Shown here piece by piece: positions 1-9,053 of a stretch of 64,000 bases of DNA. The notes below the pieces were generated by a model that saw only the letters and a program-made list of their open reading frames with translations, was not told the DNA's origin and made no database searches. The first letter of the stretch is position 1. Each line of letters opens with the position of its first letter. A program made the position numbers and the translations under genes. This DNA is from Candidatus Delongbacteria bacterium (GTDB lineage: Bacteria; CAIWAD01), in the NCBI GenBank assembly GCA_963663545.1, contig OY760505.1:1888001-1952000 (forward strand), given 5' to 3'.

Positions 1-1
1 G

Positions 2-2284
2 TTCATCTTCTCTCAAGATTCAACGTATGTAAACGAGACGATTCTGGATGGAGAGTATCAGGGAACCCTACTAACAGTCAATACGGCTGTTGGAACAGGA
101 CTTCTTGAGCTCAACGGCCTTACGCTTACTCGTGGGCAAGGGCAGCAGACAGACATCTACGCGAACTGTGATCGGGGTGGAGCTCTTCATGTAGTCGAGG
201 ACGGAAATCTGATTGTTCGTTCTTGCGTTTTTACGCACAATCGCTCATCTCGAAGCGCCAGTGTACTCTTCTATGGAATCGAGTGTGCCCTTTACGGCGT
301 TAGTGGTTACCTATGCCTGGAGAACCTATACCTTGAGGACAACCGAAATGATGGAAATGGCAGTCCAAGCATTCAATACGGCTCCATCAACATATTTTCC
401 CAAGGTGGCAGAGTCGAACTTCATAACATCCGTTACAATGGCGCTTCGGCAACAACGAATTCCCCAATACATGCAACAGTCAAAGACCCACTTGCCTTTT
501 CCGTAGACGGAATTGAAGTCTGGAATTGTGATGGTGGGGAGATTGCTTTTGGTCTGAGCAGCGACGGACATGCGCACTATACTATTCAGAACATCAGGAC
601 ATACACAACAAATGACACCTTAAATGGATGTTCAATCAACTTTGGTGCTCTTGGCTCTGAAGATCTTCCCTTTACTTGCACATGGAATAATGTGGAGGTT
701 TCCGGAATTCATGATAACGACATCAGCATGGGCGGCAATAATGTTCATTTTCGGTACAATGGAATCCATGTCCATCACTGCAGTAATACGACGCGATCCA
801 TCTTAGGTATTGGTCTTCACAGCGCGGCAGGTTCAAGTGAGATTCATGATCTGGTTTTTCATCACAACACAAGCGGCGACAGCATTGACCAAGTGCCGGA
901 CTTCATGATAGCACTTGGGGGTACGGATGTGTATGGAGCCCACGTTTATGATAATCATGTAATCATACCTCCAGACCCATTGGTGAGTGAGACGGGGGGC
1001 CACTATCTGAGGCGCGGTTCGATTCTGAATGCAGCTTCTTCCCTTGAACAGCTAGGGGAAGACGGGGCGCAACGCTATGAAGGGTTGCTCTTTGAGAATA
1101 ATTTTGTCGACGACCTAGATGACTACAGCAATCTCCATCCTGAAACAGCCCCGCATGAGAATGAAGGGCGCGAGATGTATCTCACTTCACCAAGTGGGAT
1201 CGTGTTATCCAATGTGGTTATTCGGAACAGCAGACAACCCAATCATACACCCGAACTATATGCCCCCACATACATGACCTTATCTACGGCAGGAAGCTGT
1301 ATAGGTGCATACGCGAACCGAATTCACGTGATCGATACATACCTGGAAAACTGTGATGACGGTGGTTTTCAGTTCCTCGGGACCGAAGACTCTGTATTCT
1401 TCGAGAATGTGGTGCTTCGTAATGTGGGGCGGTGTGGTATTGAGACAGGAACCCCTGTTCGCTTTCGAAATGTTCTTATAGACAACGTGGATGCTATTGA
1501 CAATTGTCTGTATTTGACTCCCTACGTCGACAGATACACAATGCAGTCCGCTATGTTTATCCTGGGTTCTGATGAGGCGCGACTTGAGAATGTCACAATC
1601 ACTGGGTGCGACGACATGCGCAGACCAATTGGCTACAGCACCGTTAATCCCATTTTTGTTACTGCTGACAATACAATGATTTGCAACAATACTTATGAGA
1701 TGCTTGTCGAATTGAACGGGAATGCTTCCTGGTCCCACTGCTACGTCCAGGAAGCCGTCGAGGGCGAAGGCAACATTATCGGCAACGACCCCCTCTTCGA
1801 TCCCGAGCGTGGCATCCCCTTCCTGGCCCCCGACTCCCCTTGCATCGACGCAGGCAACCCGGACGCGGCCTACAACGACATCGAAGACCCGGACGCTCCC
1901 GGCTTCGCCCTCTGGCCTTCCCAGGGCGGCTTGCGCAACGACATCGGCTGCACTGGCGGTCCCTTCGCCAACGACTCGATGTTCGTCAGCGTCGCGCCCG
2001 TACGACCGATCACCCTCCCCACTTCCCCCACGCTGGGCAACGCCTACCCAAACCCCTTCAACCCAGTGACCACCATTCCCTTCGTGATACAACAGCCCGT
2101 CCATCTTCGCCTTTCCGTCTACAATCTTCGTGGCCAATTGGTCGCCACCCTTGCCGACGGCGAGTTCTTTCCCGGCGAGCATCGTGTCGCATTTGATGGC
2201 GCAGCTTTGGCCAGCGGTGTGTACTTGATTAGCCTGCGTGGTGAAGGTGTAGCGGAGACGAGGAAAGCGCTGCTGCTGAAGTGA
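2..2284 (+). CDS. Secreted beta-helix (pectin-lyase-like) protein with C-terminal T9SS type A/FlgD-like sorting domain; 5'-truncated by the window edge
   Basis: The frame of ORF 692..2284 is open back to base 2 (FIFSQDSTYVNETILDG...). It has beta-helix-like repeats, an 'SPCIDAGNP...DIGCTGG' motif, and the C-terminus 'AYPNPFNPVTTIPF...GVYLISL...KALLLK'. Confidence 0.8.
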   Translation, partial: FIFSQDSTYVNETILDGEYQGTLLTVNTAVGTGLLELNGLTLTRGQGQQTDIYANCDRGGALHVVEDGNLIVRSCVFTHNRSSRSASVLFYGIECALYGVSGYLCLENLYLEDNRNDGNGSPSIQYGSINIFSQGGRVELHNIRYNGASATTNSPIHATVKDPLAFSVDGIEVWNCDGGEIAFGLSSDGHAHYTIQNIRTYTTNDTLNGCSINFGALGSEDLPFTCTWNNVEVSGIHDNDISMGGNNVHFRYNGIHVHHCSNTTRSILGIGLHSAAGSSEIHDLVFHHNTSGDSIDQVPDFMIALGGTDVYGAHVYDNHVIIPPDPLVSETGGHYLRRGSILNAASSLEQLGEDGAQRYEGLLFENNFVDDLDDYSNLHPETAPHENEGREMYLTSPSGIVLSNVVIRNSRQPNHTPELYAPTYMTLSTAGSCIGAYANRIHVIDTYLENCDDGGFQFLGTEDSVFFENVVLRNVGRCGIETGTPVRFRNVLIDNVDAIDNCLYLTPYVDRYTMQSAMFILGSDEARLENVTITGCDDMRRPIGYSTVNPIFVTADNTMICNNTYEMLVELNGNASWSHCYVQEAVEGEGNIIGNDPLFDPERGIPFLAPDSPCIDAGNPDAAYNDIEDPDAPGFALWPSQGGLRNDIGCTGGPFANDSMFVSVAPVRPITLPTSPTLGNAYPNPFNPVTTIPFVIQQPVHLRLSVYNLRGQLVATLADGEFFPGEHRVAFDGAALASGVYLISLRGEGVAETRKALLLK
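2042..2188 (+). repeat. 147-bp perfect direct repeat, copy 1 (T9SS CTD coding)
   Basis: Identical to 2537..2683; weaker similarity continues about 150 bp further, past the stop codon. Confidence 0.95.
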
Positions 2285-2380
2285 TCCTCTTCCAATTCTG
2301 CGATTCGTGATACACCCTCATCCTTTCGTTCTCGCTGTTCGTGAACCGTCCATGGGCCTTCAGGACTCGTTGTCAATGAG

Positions 2381-2797
2381 ATGACGAAGAATCGGCAACC
2401 GATTCTTGATTTTTATTCGACAGGCCGCCATTGTACCCTATGGACGAAGGCATGCGGATTCGATGAGCTGCACATACGGTTAATCCTGAAGCATGCCTTC
2501 GTCGAGGTGTTTCGCGAGGCGAAACACACGGCGACAGCCTACCCAAACCCCTTCAACCCAGTGACCACCATTCCCTTCGTGATACAACAGCCCGTCCATC
2601 TTCGCCTTTCCGTCTACAATCTTCGTGGCCAATTGGTCGCCACCCTTGCCGACGGCGAGTTCTTTCCCGGCGAGCATCGTGTCACATTTGATGCCCGCTC
2701 GCTGGCGAGTGGCCGCTCGCTCGCGAGCGGCGTGTACTTGATCAGTTTGCGTGGAAAGGGTGTGAGCCAGACCAGGAAAGCGCTGCTATTGAAGTGA
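2381..2797 (+). CDS. Orphan T9SS CTD ORF (stand-alone cassette or gene remnant)
   Basis: An unrelated N-terminal ~52 aa is followed by a CTD nearly identical to that of the upstream gene, with an internal RSLASG duplication. No signal peptide. Confidence 0.5.
   Translation: MTKNRQPILDFYSTGRHCTLWTKACGFDELHIRLILKHAFVEVFREAKHTATAYPNPFNPVTTIPFVIQQPVHLRLSVYNLRGQLVATLADGEFFPGEHRVTFDARSLASGRSLASGVYLISLRGKGVSQTRKALLLK
2537..2683 (+). repeat. 147-bp perfect direct repeat, copy 2
   Basis: Identical to 2042..2188. Confidence 0.95.
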
Positions 2798-3449
2798 TCC
2801 ACCTCCCATCCTGCGATTTGTGAACCACTCTCTCTTTCGTTCTCGCTCACAGCGTAAGCGGTTCTCGTTATCGCGGACGTTCTCCGAGAACGGGAAACGA
2901 GTACGTGGACGTGGACGAGCACGGGAGAAAGTATCTGCTGAAGTTCTGTGTCACACCAGGAAGGTGACCGGGTTCCTCTTCTTCCGACGTGCTACTGCGA
3001 TCGAATCTGTCCATGGCCCGTGACACATGGAGCGCGAGTACAGAAGAGGCCGCGAATTCCGGAAACTTCAGCCCCCCCTTTGTCGTGACTCCAAATAGGG
3101 GGGAGGGTGGGTGGCGGCTCTCGCCCGCAGCAGGCAGAGGATCATGCGAGCTGGTGGAAGCTACAGCGCTGAGGCAGCCCCTTGGCCGGATCCACTCCAT
3201 GGCTGCCCATGCTACAGGATGGCGTTTCATCCGTCGGACATTCCAGGTGCGCTGAACTCAACATGCTTCGAGTAGGGATCCTCTGTTTTCTGCTGAATGC
3301 GTCTAGCTCCGTTAATACGGCGAAGCAAGAGCATCCTTCCAGCGCAGAAATCCTGCAACTCCCAGGATGGATTTCGCATCTTGCCCCTCCCGTTTTCCTG
3401 CCCGCCTCATGAAGGTCGCTTCACCCACTGGAGTCCACGTCTCACATCC

Positions 3450-4490
3450 ATGAGAAATCCCATGCTCGCCAAGGATAGCCATTCGAGTGATTACAGTGCC
3501 TAGCTAGGCGAACTGAAGGCTCGCATTCAGTCGGCACGAACACGGGCTGCGCTTTCCGTCAACCGCGAGCTGATTCTGCTGTACTGGCAGATTGGCAGCG
3601 AAATCCTGCAGCGACAAAGGCGGGAAGGCTGGGGCACCAAGGTCATTGCGCGGCTTGCTACGGATTTGCGCAAGGCATTCCCGGACATGAAGGGCTTTTC
3701 CTCGCGCAACCTCAAGTACATGAGATCCTTCGCAGAGGCTTGGCCTCACGAAGAGTTTGTGCAAGAGGTGCTTGCACAATTGCCATGGTATCATCACTTG
3801 GCGCTTCTGGACAAGGTCAAAACTCCTGAAGCCAAGCACTGGTATCTCCAGATGGCCATCACTCACAACTGGTCTCGCAACGTACTAGTCCACCATATTG
3901 AGACCCGCCTGCATCTCCGAAGCGGACAAGCCATCAGCAACTTTGAGAAGTGCCTGCCACCGGCACTTGCGGATCAAGCCCAAGCTCTCCTCAAGGATCC
4001 GTACTTCTTCGACTTCCTTGGCATTGGCGAGGAAGCCCAGGAGCGGTCAATCGAGGAGGCCCTGGTCACTCAGCTGACTCAGTTTATATTGGAGCTCGGC
4101 ACGGGATTCGCCTATGTGGGACGGCAGGTTCACCTGGAAGTGGGGGGCGAAGATTTCTACCTCGACCTGCTCTTCTATCATCTAAAGATTCACTGCTATG
4201 TAGTCATTGAGCTGAAGGCTGGCACCTTTAAGCCTGAGCACGCGGGCAAGCTGAACTTCTACTTTTCAGCGATAGATGCGCAAATGGCGACGGAGGCGGA
4301 TGGCCCAAGCATTGGTCTGTTGCTGTGCAAATGCCGGAACAAACTCATTGTGGAGTACTCGCTCCGTGATACGGCAAAGCCAATTGGTGTAGCCGAGTAT
4401 TCTCTGGTTCAATCACTTCCACAGGAGCTGAAAAGCAGTCTACCCAGCGTTGACGATCTGGAGCGCGCGCTTTCGACATTTGGAGCTTAG
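3450..4490 (+). pseudogene. DUF1016/YhcG-like PD-(D/E)XK nuclease with an in-frame TAG at 3501..3503
   Basis: ATG 3450 reads MRNPMLAKDSHSSDYSA*LGELKARIQSARTRAALSVNRELILLYWQIG...GWG, continuing in frame into ORF 3666..4490 (KDPYFFDFL, DLLFYH, VIELK). The family typically has Trp at the stop position. Confidence 0.8.
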
Positions 4491-4508
4491 GTTCTGCGTG
4501 GACCAGAA

Positions 4509-5459
4509 TCACACATGCGCTTCCGCCCTCGGCCAGAACAGCAGCCACAACCGCCGCAACCAGACCGCCAGCCCCGCCAGTACCAATCGCGGAACGATGA
4601 TCCACCAGGCGCTGACGCCAATAGCGACGAAGAGCAGCGTATCCTCCAGCAGGCTGTGAGAGATGGCGATGTGGTAATTGAGCAGATCGGCGTGCGCACG
4701 CGGCAGCTTACCCCGTGATACGTGCTCCATCAGCACGCCGCTACCATAGGCCAGTCCCAAGGTGTTGGCCACAATCCAGAGAAAGGCCGTGTCACCGGGA
4801 AGTCCGAAAAGCCGCAGCGGCAAGCGCATCCAGCGACCGAGGAACTGTGTCACGCCGTACTCCTCCAGCACGCGCTGCAGAATCATCAGGCCGGAAATGA
4901 GCACGATAATCTTCAGGCAAAGCGTGGCCATGCCCTGGCCCCAGGCCAGCAATCCGGGAATCCAGGCGATCGTATCCTGTGATACATGGGCAGCGACAGC
5001 AGTGCTTGCATCTGCCGGCAGCAACAGGTTGAGCGCCCAGGCCCCTACGAAGGCCGCTAAGAAGCGTGTTACAAGAATCGCCCGCACCGAGGAGCCCGTT
5101 TTGCGTTGCACGGTGGTTTCCACCAGCAGGTTGTGCGCCACTAGGCTCATCAGCGCCAGAATGGTAACAACACGTCCGCTCAAGCCCAGGGTTTCGATGA
5201 CCGCGATGGCGGAGTAGATGTTGAGCAGCCCGCCGGTCACGAAAACCAGTGCGGACTCGCCGGGTAAGCCCATCAGCGCAAAGAGCGGTTCAAAGAATGC
5301 GGCCACCAGCGTCAGCAAGCCGCTGAGCTTCATCAGCAGCACGGCAAAAGAAATGGGCACCGTGATGGAGAGCAGCCAGCGCGTAGTCTTCAACGCAGGT
5401 GGCCAGGCTTCGGTGATACATTTCCTCAGTCGCTGTGCGTGCGTGACACGTTCCGGCAT
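4509..5459 (-). CDS. Nucleoside-recognition (Gate) domain membrane protein, SpmA/B-like
   Basis: Multi-TM protein with two Gate-like repeats (SLVAHNLLVE, ISHSLLEDT). GAGGAG RBS precedes the ATG at 5459. Confidence 0.75.
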   Translation of the reverse strand: MPERVTHAQRLRKCITEAWPPALKTTRWLLSITVPISFAVLLMKLSGLLTLVAAFFEPLFALMGLPGESALVFVTGGLLNIYSAIAVIETLGLSGRVVTILALMSLVAHNLLVETTVQRKTGSSVRAILVTRFLAAFVGAWALNLLLPADASTAVAAHVSQDTIAWIPGLLAWGQGMATLCLKIIVLISGLMILQRVLEEYGVTQFLGRWMRLPLRLFGLPGDTAFLWIVANTLGLAYGSGVLMEHVSRGKLPRAHADLLNYHIAISHSLLEDTLLFVAIGVSAWWIIVPRLVLAGLAVWLRRLWLLFWPRAEAHV

Positions 5460-5476
5460 GCGCTCCTCAATTTTGC

Positions 5477-6454
5477 TCAACTGCGCGGTTTGGGCTCTTT
5501 GTGATACCCGCGCTCGCCCCAGGCCTGCAGCTTCTCGATCCACAGATTCTGCAGTTCACGCAATTCTTTGCGCAGGCTGCGGGCGGCCCTTTCTTCAGGC
5601 TTCAGCGTGTCCAGGATTTCGATGCTGAACATCGCCGCGCCCAATCTGCGAAAATCTGCCTGAAGTGCCGCCTCACGGTGTTCACCGCGCGCCAGCAGCG
5701 CCATCTGCATTTCCATCTGCCCAGGCAGGTTGCTGCCGATGCCCAGCCAGATCTTGCCATTGGCCTTGTTCGTGATACGAAACACACCGGCGGGCGGCGG
5801 ATTGTCCATGTACTCGCGCACCAGCTCGCGGCGGCTTTCCTTCTGTGGCGCGCGCTTCTCTTCGCGCGGCTGCAGTTCGTCCATCATCGATTTATGCTCC
5901 AGGGGTTGACGCAACCAGTAGATGCCATTGTCACGGGCCAGCACGTTTCCGCTGACCAGTTCGCGGCGTACGGTGCAGAAGTCATCGTGGCGGCGCGCTA
6001 TGAGCTCATTTACTTCCGCCTCGCTGTAGCTGCGGCCGAACTCGAAGGCCGTGGCCAGCTCCTCCAGAATGATCCAGCGCTTCTTGAGCTGCACCGGCAG
6101 CCGGTGAATGCGGCCCTCGCGCGTGAAGGATTTCAACACACGGTAGCGATGCGGGTCTACGGCCTGCTTTTCCGTTGCTGATTCGGCCTTCTCTTCCACC
6201 ACCAGCTCCCAGAGGTAGCGGTCCAGCGCGGCCCGTTGCGCGCGGTAGACGTGGTAGTACTGCTGCCGGTCCTTGCTGACCAGACCCGCCTGCTCCAGCT
6301 TGCGCAGATGGGCCGACGTCGTCGAGGGCGCCAGGCCAAAGCGCGTGGACAGCTCCTCCACGTAGGAATCCTTGTCCAGCAGCTCCCGCAGAATGCGCAG
6401 TCGCGTACCGTCCGCCAGCGCCGTCAGTGTGCGCAGTGCTTCGTCGTGTTGCAT
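5477..6454 (-). CDS. ArsR-family HTH + DUF2087 + GIY-YIG-like fusion protein
   Basis: ArsR: ALADGTRLRIL...STTSAHLRKLEQAGLV. DUF2087: YSEAEVNELI...DDFCTVRRELV. GIY-YIG-like: AGVFRITNKANGKIWLG. GGAG RBS before ATG 6454. Confidence 0.75.
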   Translation of the reverse strand: MQHDEALRTLTALADGTRLRILRELLDKDSYVEELSTRFGLAPSTTSAHLRKLEQAGLVSKDRQQYYHVYRAQRAALDRYLWELVVEEKAESATEKQAVDPHRYRVLKSFTREGRIHRLPVQLKKRWIILEELATAFEFGRSYSEAEVNELIARRHDDFCTVRRELVSGNVLARDNGIYWLRQPLEHKSMMDELQPREEKRAPQKESRRELVREYMDNPPPAGVFRITNKANGKIWLGIGSNLPGQMEMQMALLARGEHREAALQADFRRLGAAMFSIEILDTLKPEERAARSLRKELRELQNLWIEKLQAWGERGYHKEPKPRS

Positions 6455-6468
6455 CCTTGTCTCCAAAC

Positions 6469-6490
6469 TATTTCGGCGCACAACGAAATA
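6469..6490. promoter_or_regulatory. Inverted repeat TATTTCG-N8-CGAAATA, candidate ArsR autoregulatory operator
   Basis: Perfect 7-bp arms immediately upstream of the RBS of the ArsR fusion gene. Confidence 0.5.
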
Positions 6491-6792
6491 TATTCTCAGG
6501 AGGAAGGCAAATCTGATTCGGCAGATAGCGAATTATTTCGCGAACAGGTCCCCGTACTGAATTTTGTCAAGGTTGAAAGCTGTTGAACCAGATTCAGGAA
6601 GCTTCTACTTTGGTGGTCGACCATTCCCTTTTCCTGAGCGACCACACCCTGCTTCGACCCTCACTTGCTGGCCGCTCAGCCCGTACTATCAAACAGGTGG
6701 ACTGATTCATGTGATGTGTCCTAGGCGAAAGGCCATCGCTGGCAGCGTCGACAGATCATTTGACTCAGTCCACTACCAACGGAGGCCCCTGC

Positions 6793-7083
6793 ATGCTTCA
6801 CGAACCCGCCCAAGTATCTGGCAAGGACCCGGCAGCCGCGTTCAAAACGCGACTCGGCGTCTGTATGTTTTTCCTGTACGCCGTCGTGTACGCAGGATTC
6901 GTCTGGATCAATGTCGCCACCCCCAAAGCTATGGAGAGCATCGTATTCTCCGGCCTCAACCTGGCCGTCGTTTACGGCATCGGCCTGATTGTCTACGCCC
7001 TGCTGCTGGCACTGATCTATGAACGCTTGTGCTCTCTGCACGAGCAGAAGCTCAACAAGGACAACCGCGAGGGAGGCAACTGA
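6793..7083 (+). CDS. DUF485 (YjcH-like) small membrane protein, ActP partner
   Basis: GGAGG RBS, two TM helices, stop overlaps the actP start (TGATG). Confidence 0.8.
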   Translation: MLHEPAQVSGKDPAAAFKTRLGVCMFFLYAVVYAGFVWINVATPKAMESIVFSGLNLAVVYGIGLIVYALLLALIYERLCSLHEQKLNKDNREGGN

Positions 7084-8987
7084 TGGCGATTCTGATCTTC
7101 ACCTTCTTCGTCCTTGGCGTTCTGGGACTGAGTTTTTGGCTGGCTGCGCGCACGAAAAGCGCCAGTGCGTACTACGCTGCGGGTGGCGCCATTCACTGGT
7201 CGGTCAACGGCATCGCTTTCGCTGGCGATTACCTGAGCGCCGCCTCCTTCCTGGGCATCTGCGGCATGATCGCGACCATGGGCTACGACGGCTTTCTCTA
7301 TTCCATCGGCTATCTGGCGGGCTGGATCGTCGCGCTCTTCATCGTGGCGGAGCCGATGAAGCGACTGGGCAAGTACACCTTTACCGACGCCCTGGACGCG
7401 AACTACGACAGTCGGGGCATCAAGCTGGCCGCCGCCATCAGCACGCTCATCGTCTCCATCTTCTACTTGATCCCGCAGATGGTCGGCGCGGGTGTGCTGG
7501 TGGAACCGCTTCTTGGCATTCCCCACTCCGCTGGTGTAGTCATGGTTGGCATTATTGTGATCACCATCGTGGCCACAGCTGGCATGACCTCGACCACCTA
7601 CGTGCAGTTCATCAAGGGTGCCATGCTGGTCATCTTCTCGCTGATCCTGGTGGGAAGCCTACTGGTACGCGGTTTGACCACTAAGCCGGACCAGGGCGGT
7701 CGCGTGCAGTATCACGAACTAGCTCAGCTAAACGCAGGAAGCGTAGGCACGGAGCTGGTACTGGCGGATCCCTCCTTCAGCGTGATACAACAAGTGGATG
7801 CCGGTGGAAGGGGCTTCGTTCAACTGGCCGGACCGCAAGGTCATAGTTGGTGGCTTCTCAAAGTGGACGGTGATCATCGCACGCTGGTCGAAACACAGTC
7901 CGAAGTCTGGACCTCCAGCGGCGAGTACCTGATCAACGGAGCACCGGCTTCTGCAGATAATCAGCTGCGCCAGGTGGGCGATCTGGTGGCGATTTGCGGA
8001 CAGAAGGGAACGACAGCGGAGACGGGTTCCCTGAATCCCGTGTCCTTCCTCGCTCGCATGTCGGATCCGAAAACCACCGTGAGACGCTGGTCCAAGGCGA
8101 CGCTGGATGCGGGCGGCGACAAGGTTACCGTGCATTACCCCGTGCTGACCCCGGGCAATCGCGTGATGCGTCCGGGACTGAAGTTCAAAGTGGAGGGCTC
8201 GCCGCTGCAGCGACTGGACTTTGTATCACTGATGCTGGCGCTCTTCTTTGGCACCGCCGCGCTCCCGCACATTCTGATCCGCTACTACACCGTGCCAAGC
8301 CCCATGGCCGCGCGCAAGAGCACCATTGTGGCCATCGCCGCCATCGGCCTGTTCTACGTGCTCACCTTGTACATGGGATTGGGAGCCATGGTGAGCAGCG
8401 TGGTGAATCCGCTGGACAACAACATGTCCGCGCCGCTGCTGGCCCGCTCCTTCGGTGATTTCCTGTTCGCCGTGATCTCGGCCATCGCCTTCTCCACCGT
8501 GCTGGGCACCGTCAGCGGATTGATCATCGCCGCATCCGGCGCTGTAGCACACGATTTGATGGATCGCTTCGGTCGCTTAAACATGACCGAGAAGGCCAAG
8601 GTCAAGGCGGGCAAGATCGCCGCCTTCTGTGTCGGCATTTTCGCCATTCTTCTGGGTATCCTTTTCAAAGGCATGAACGTGAGCTTCCTGGTGGGATGGG
8701 CCTTTGCCGTGGCCGCCTCGGCCAATCTACCGGCGATTCTGATGATGCTCTTCTGGAAGGGCACCACGGCCAAAGGTATCACCGCCTCCATTGTAGTGGG
8801 CATCATCAGCTCCGTGGGCCTGATTCTGCTCTCTCCCAGTATGTACGTGCGTTACGGTCTGGACCCGACCACCGCGCCGATGCCGCTGGACAACCCGGGT
8901 ATCATTTCCATTCCCCTGAGTCTACTGACGCTCGTAGTTGTATCACTGCTAAGTAAATCGTCAAAGCCTGCTCCTTCGAGACAATAA
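7083..8987 (+). CDS. actP: Cation/acetate symporter ActP-like (SSS family) with a large extracytoplasmic insertion
   Basis: Motifs AFAGDYLSAASFLG, GYDGFLYSIG, GTAALPHILIRYYTVP and AFAVAASANLP. Confidence 0.88.
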   Translation: MAILIFTFFVLGVLGLSFWLAARTKSASAYYAAGGAIHWSVNGIAFAGDYLSAASFLGICGMIATMGYDGFLYSIGYLAGWIVALFIVAEPMKRLGKYTFTDALDANYDSRGIKLAAAISTLIVSIFYLIPQMVGAGVLVEPLLGIPHSAGVVMVGIIVITIVATAGMTSTTYVQFIKGAMLVIFSLILVGSLLVRGLTTKPDQGGRVQYHELAQLNAGSVGTELVLADPSFSVIQQVDAGGRGFVQLAGPQGHSWWLLKVDGDHRTLVETQSEVWTSSGEYLINGAPASADNQLRQVGDLVAICGQKGTTAETGSLNPVSFLARMSDPKTTVRRWSKATLDAGGDKVTVHYPVLTPGNRVMRPGLKFKVEGSPLQRLDFVSLMLALFFGTAALPHILIRYYTVPSPMAARKSTIVAIAAIGLFYVLTLYMGLGAMVSSVVNPLDNNMSAPLLARSFGDFLFAVISAIAFSTVLGTVSGLIIAASGAVAHDLMDRFGRLNMTEKAKVKAGKIAAFCVGIFAILLGILFKGMNVSFLVGWAFAVAASANLPAILMMLFWKGTTAKGITASIVVGIISSVGLILLSPSMYVRYGLDPTTAPMPLDNPGIISIPLSLLTLVVVSLLSKSSKPAPSRQ

Positions 8988-8996
8988 TCATGTATC

Positions 8997-9022
8997 ACGG
9001 GGGCCCGATGGCGGGTCCCCGT
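8997..9022 (+). terminator. GC-rich hairpin between actP and the sensor fusion gene
   Basis: ACGGGGGCCCG-ATGG-CGGGTCCCCGT, with only a weak U-tract. Confidence 0.45.
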
Positions 9023-9053
9023 CTTCAATTCCCTGTCGAGTGCGGAGATCCCG

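Noticed and set aside
2042..2797. DGR template/variable repeat pair
   Set aside because: Mismatches are not adenine-specific, the first 147 bp are identical, and there is no reverse transcriptase in the window.
3080..3110. IS/transposon end (C-run and G-run inverted repeat)
   Set aside because: No partner end, target duplication or transposase found.
3501..3503. TAG reassignment or pyrrolysine readthrough
   Set aside because: TAG terminates other genes in the window, no pyl genes are present, and a single TGG>TAG change explains it.
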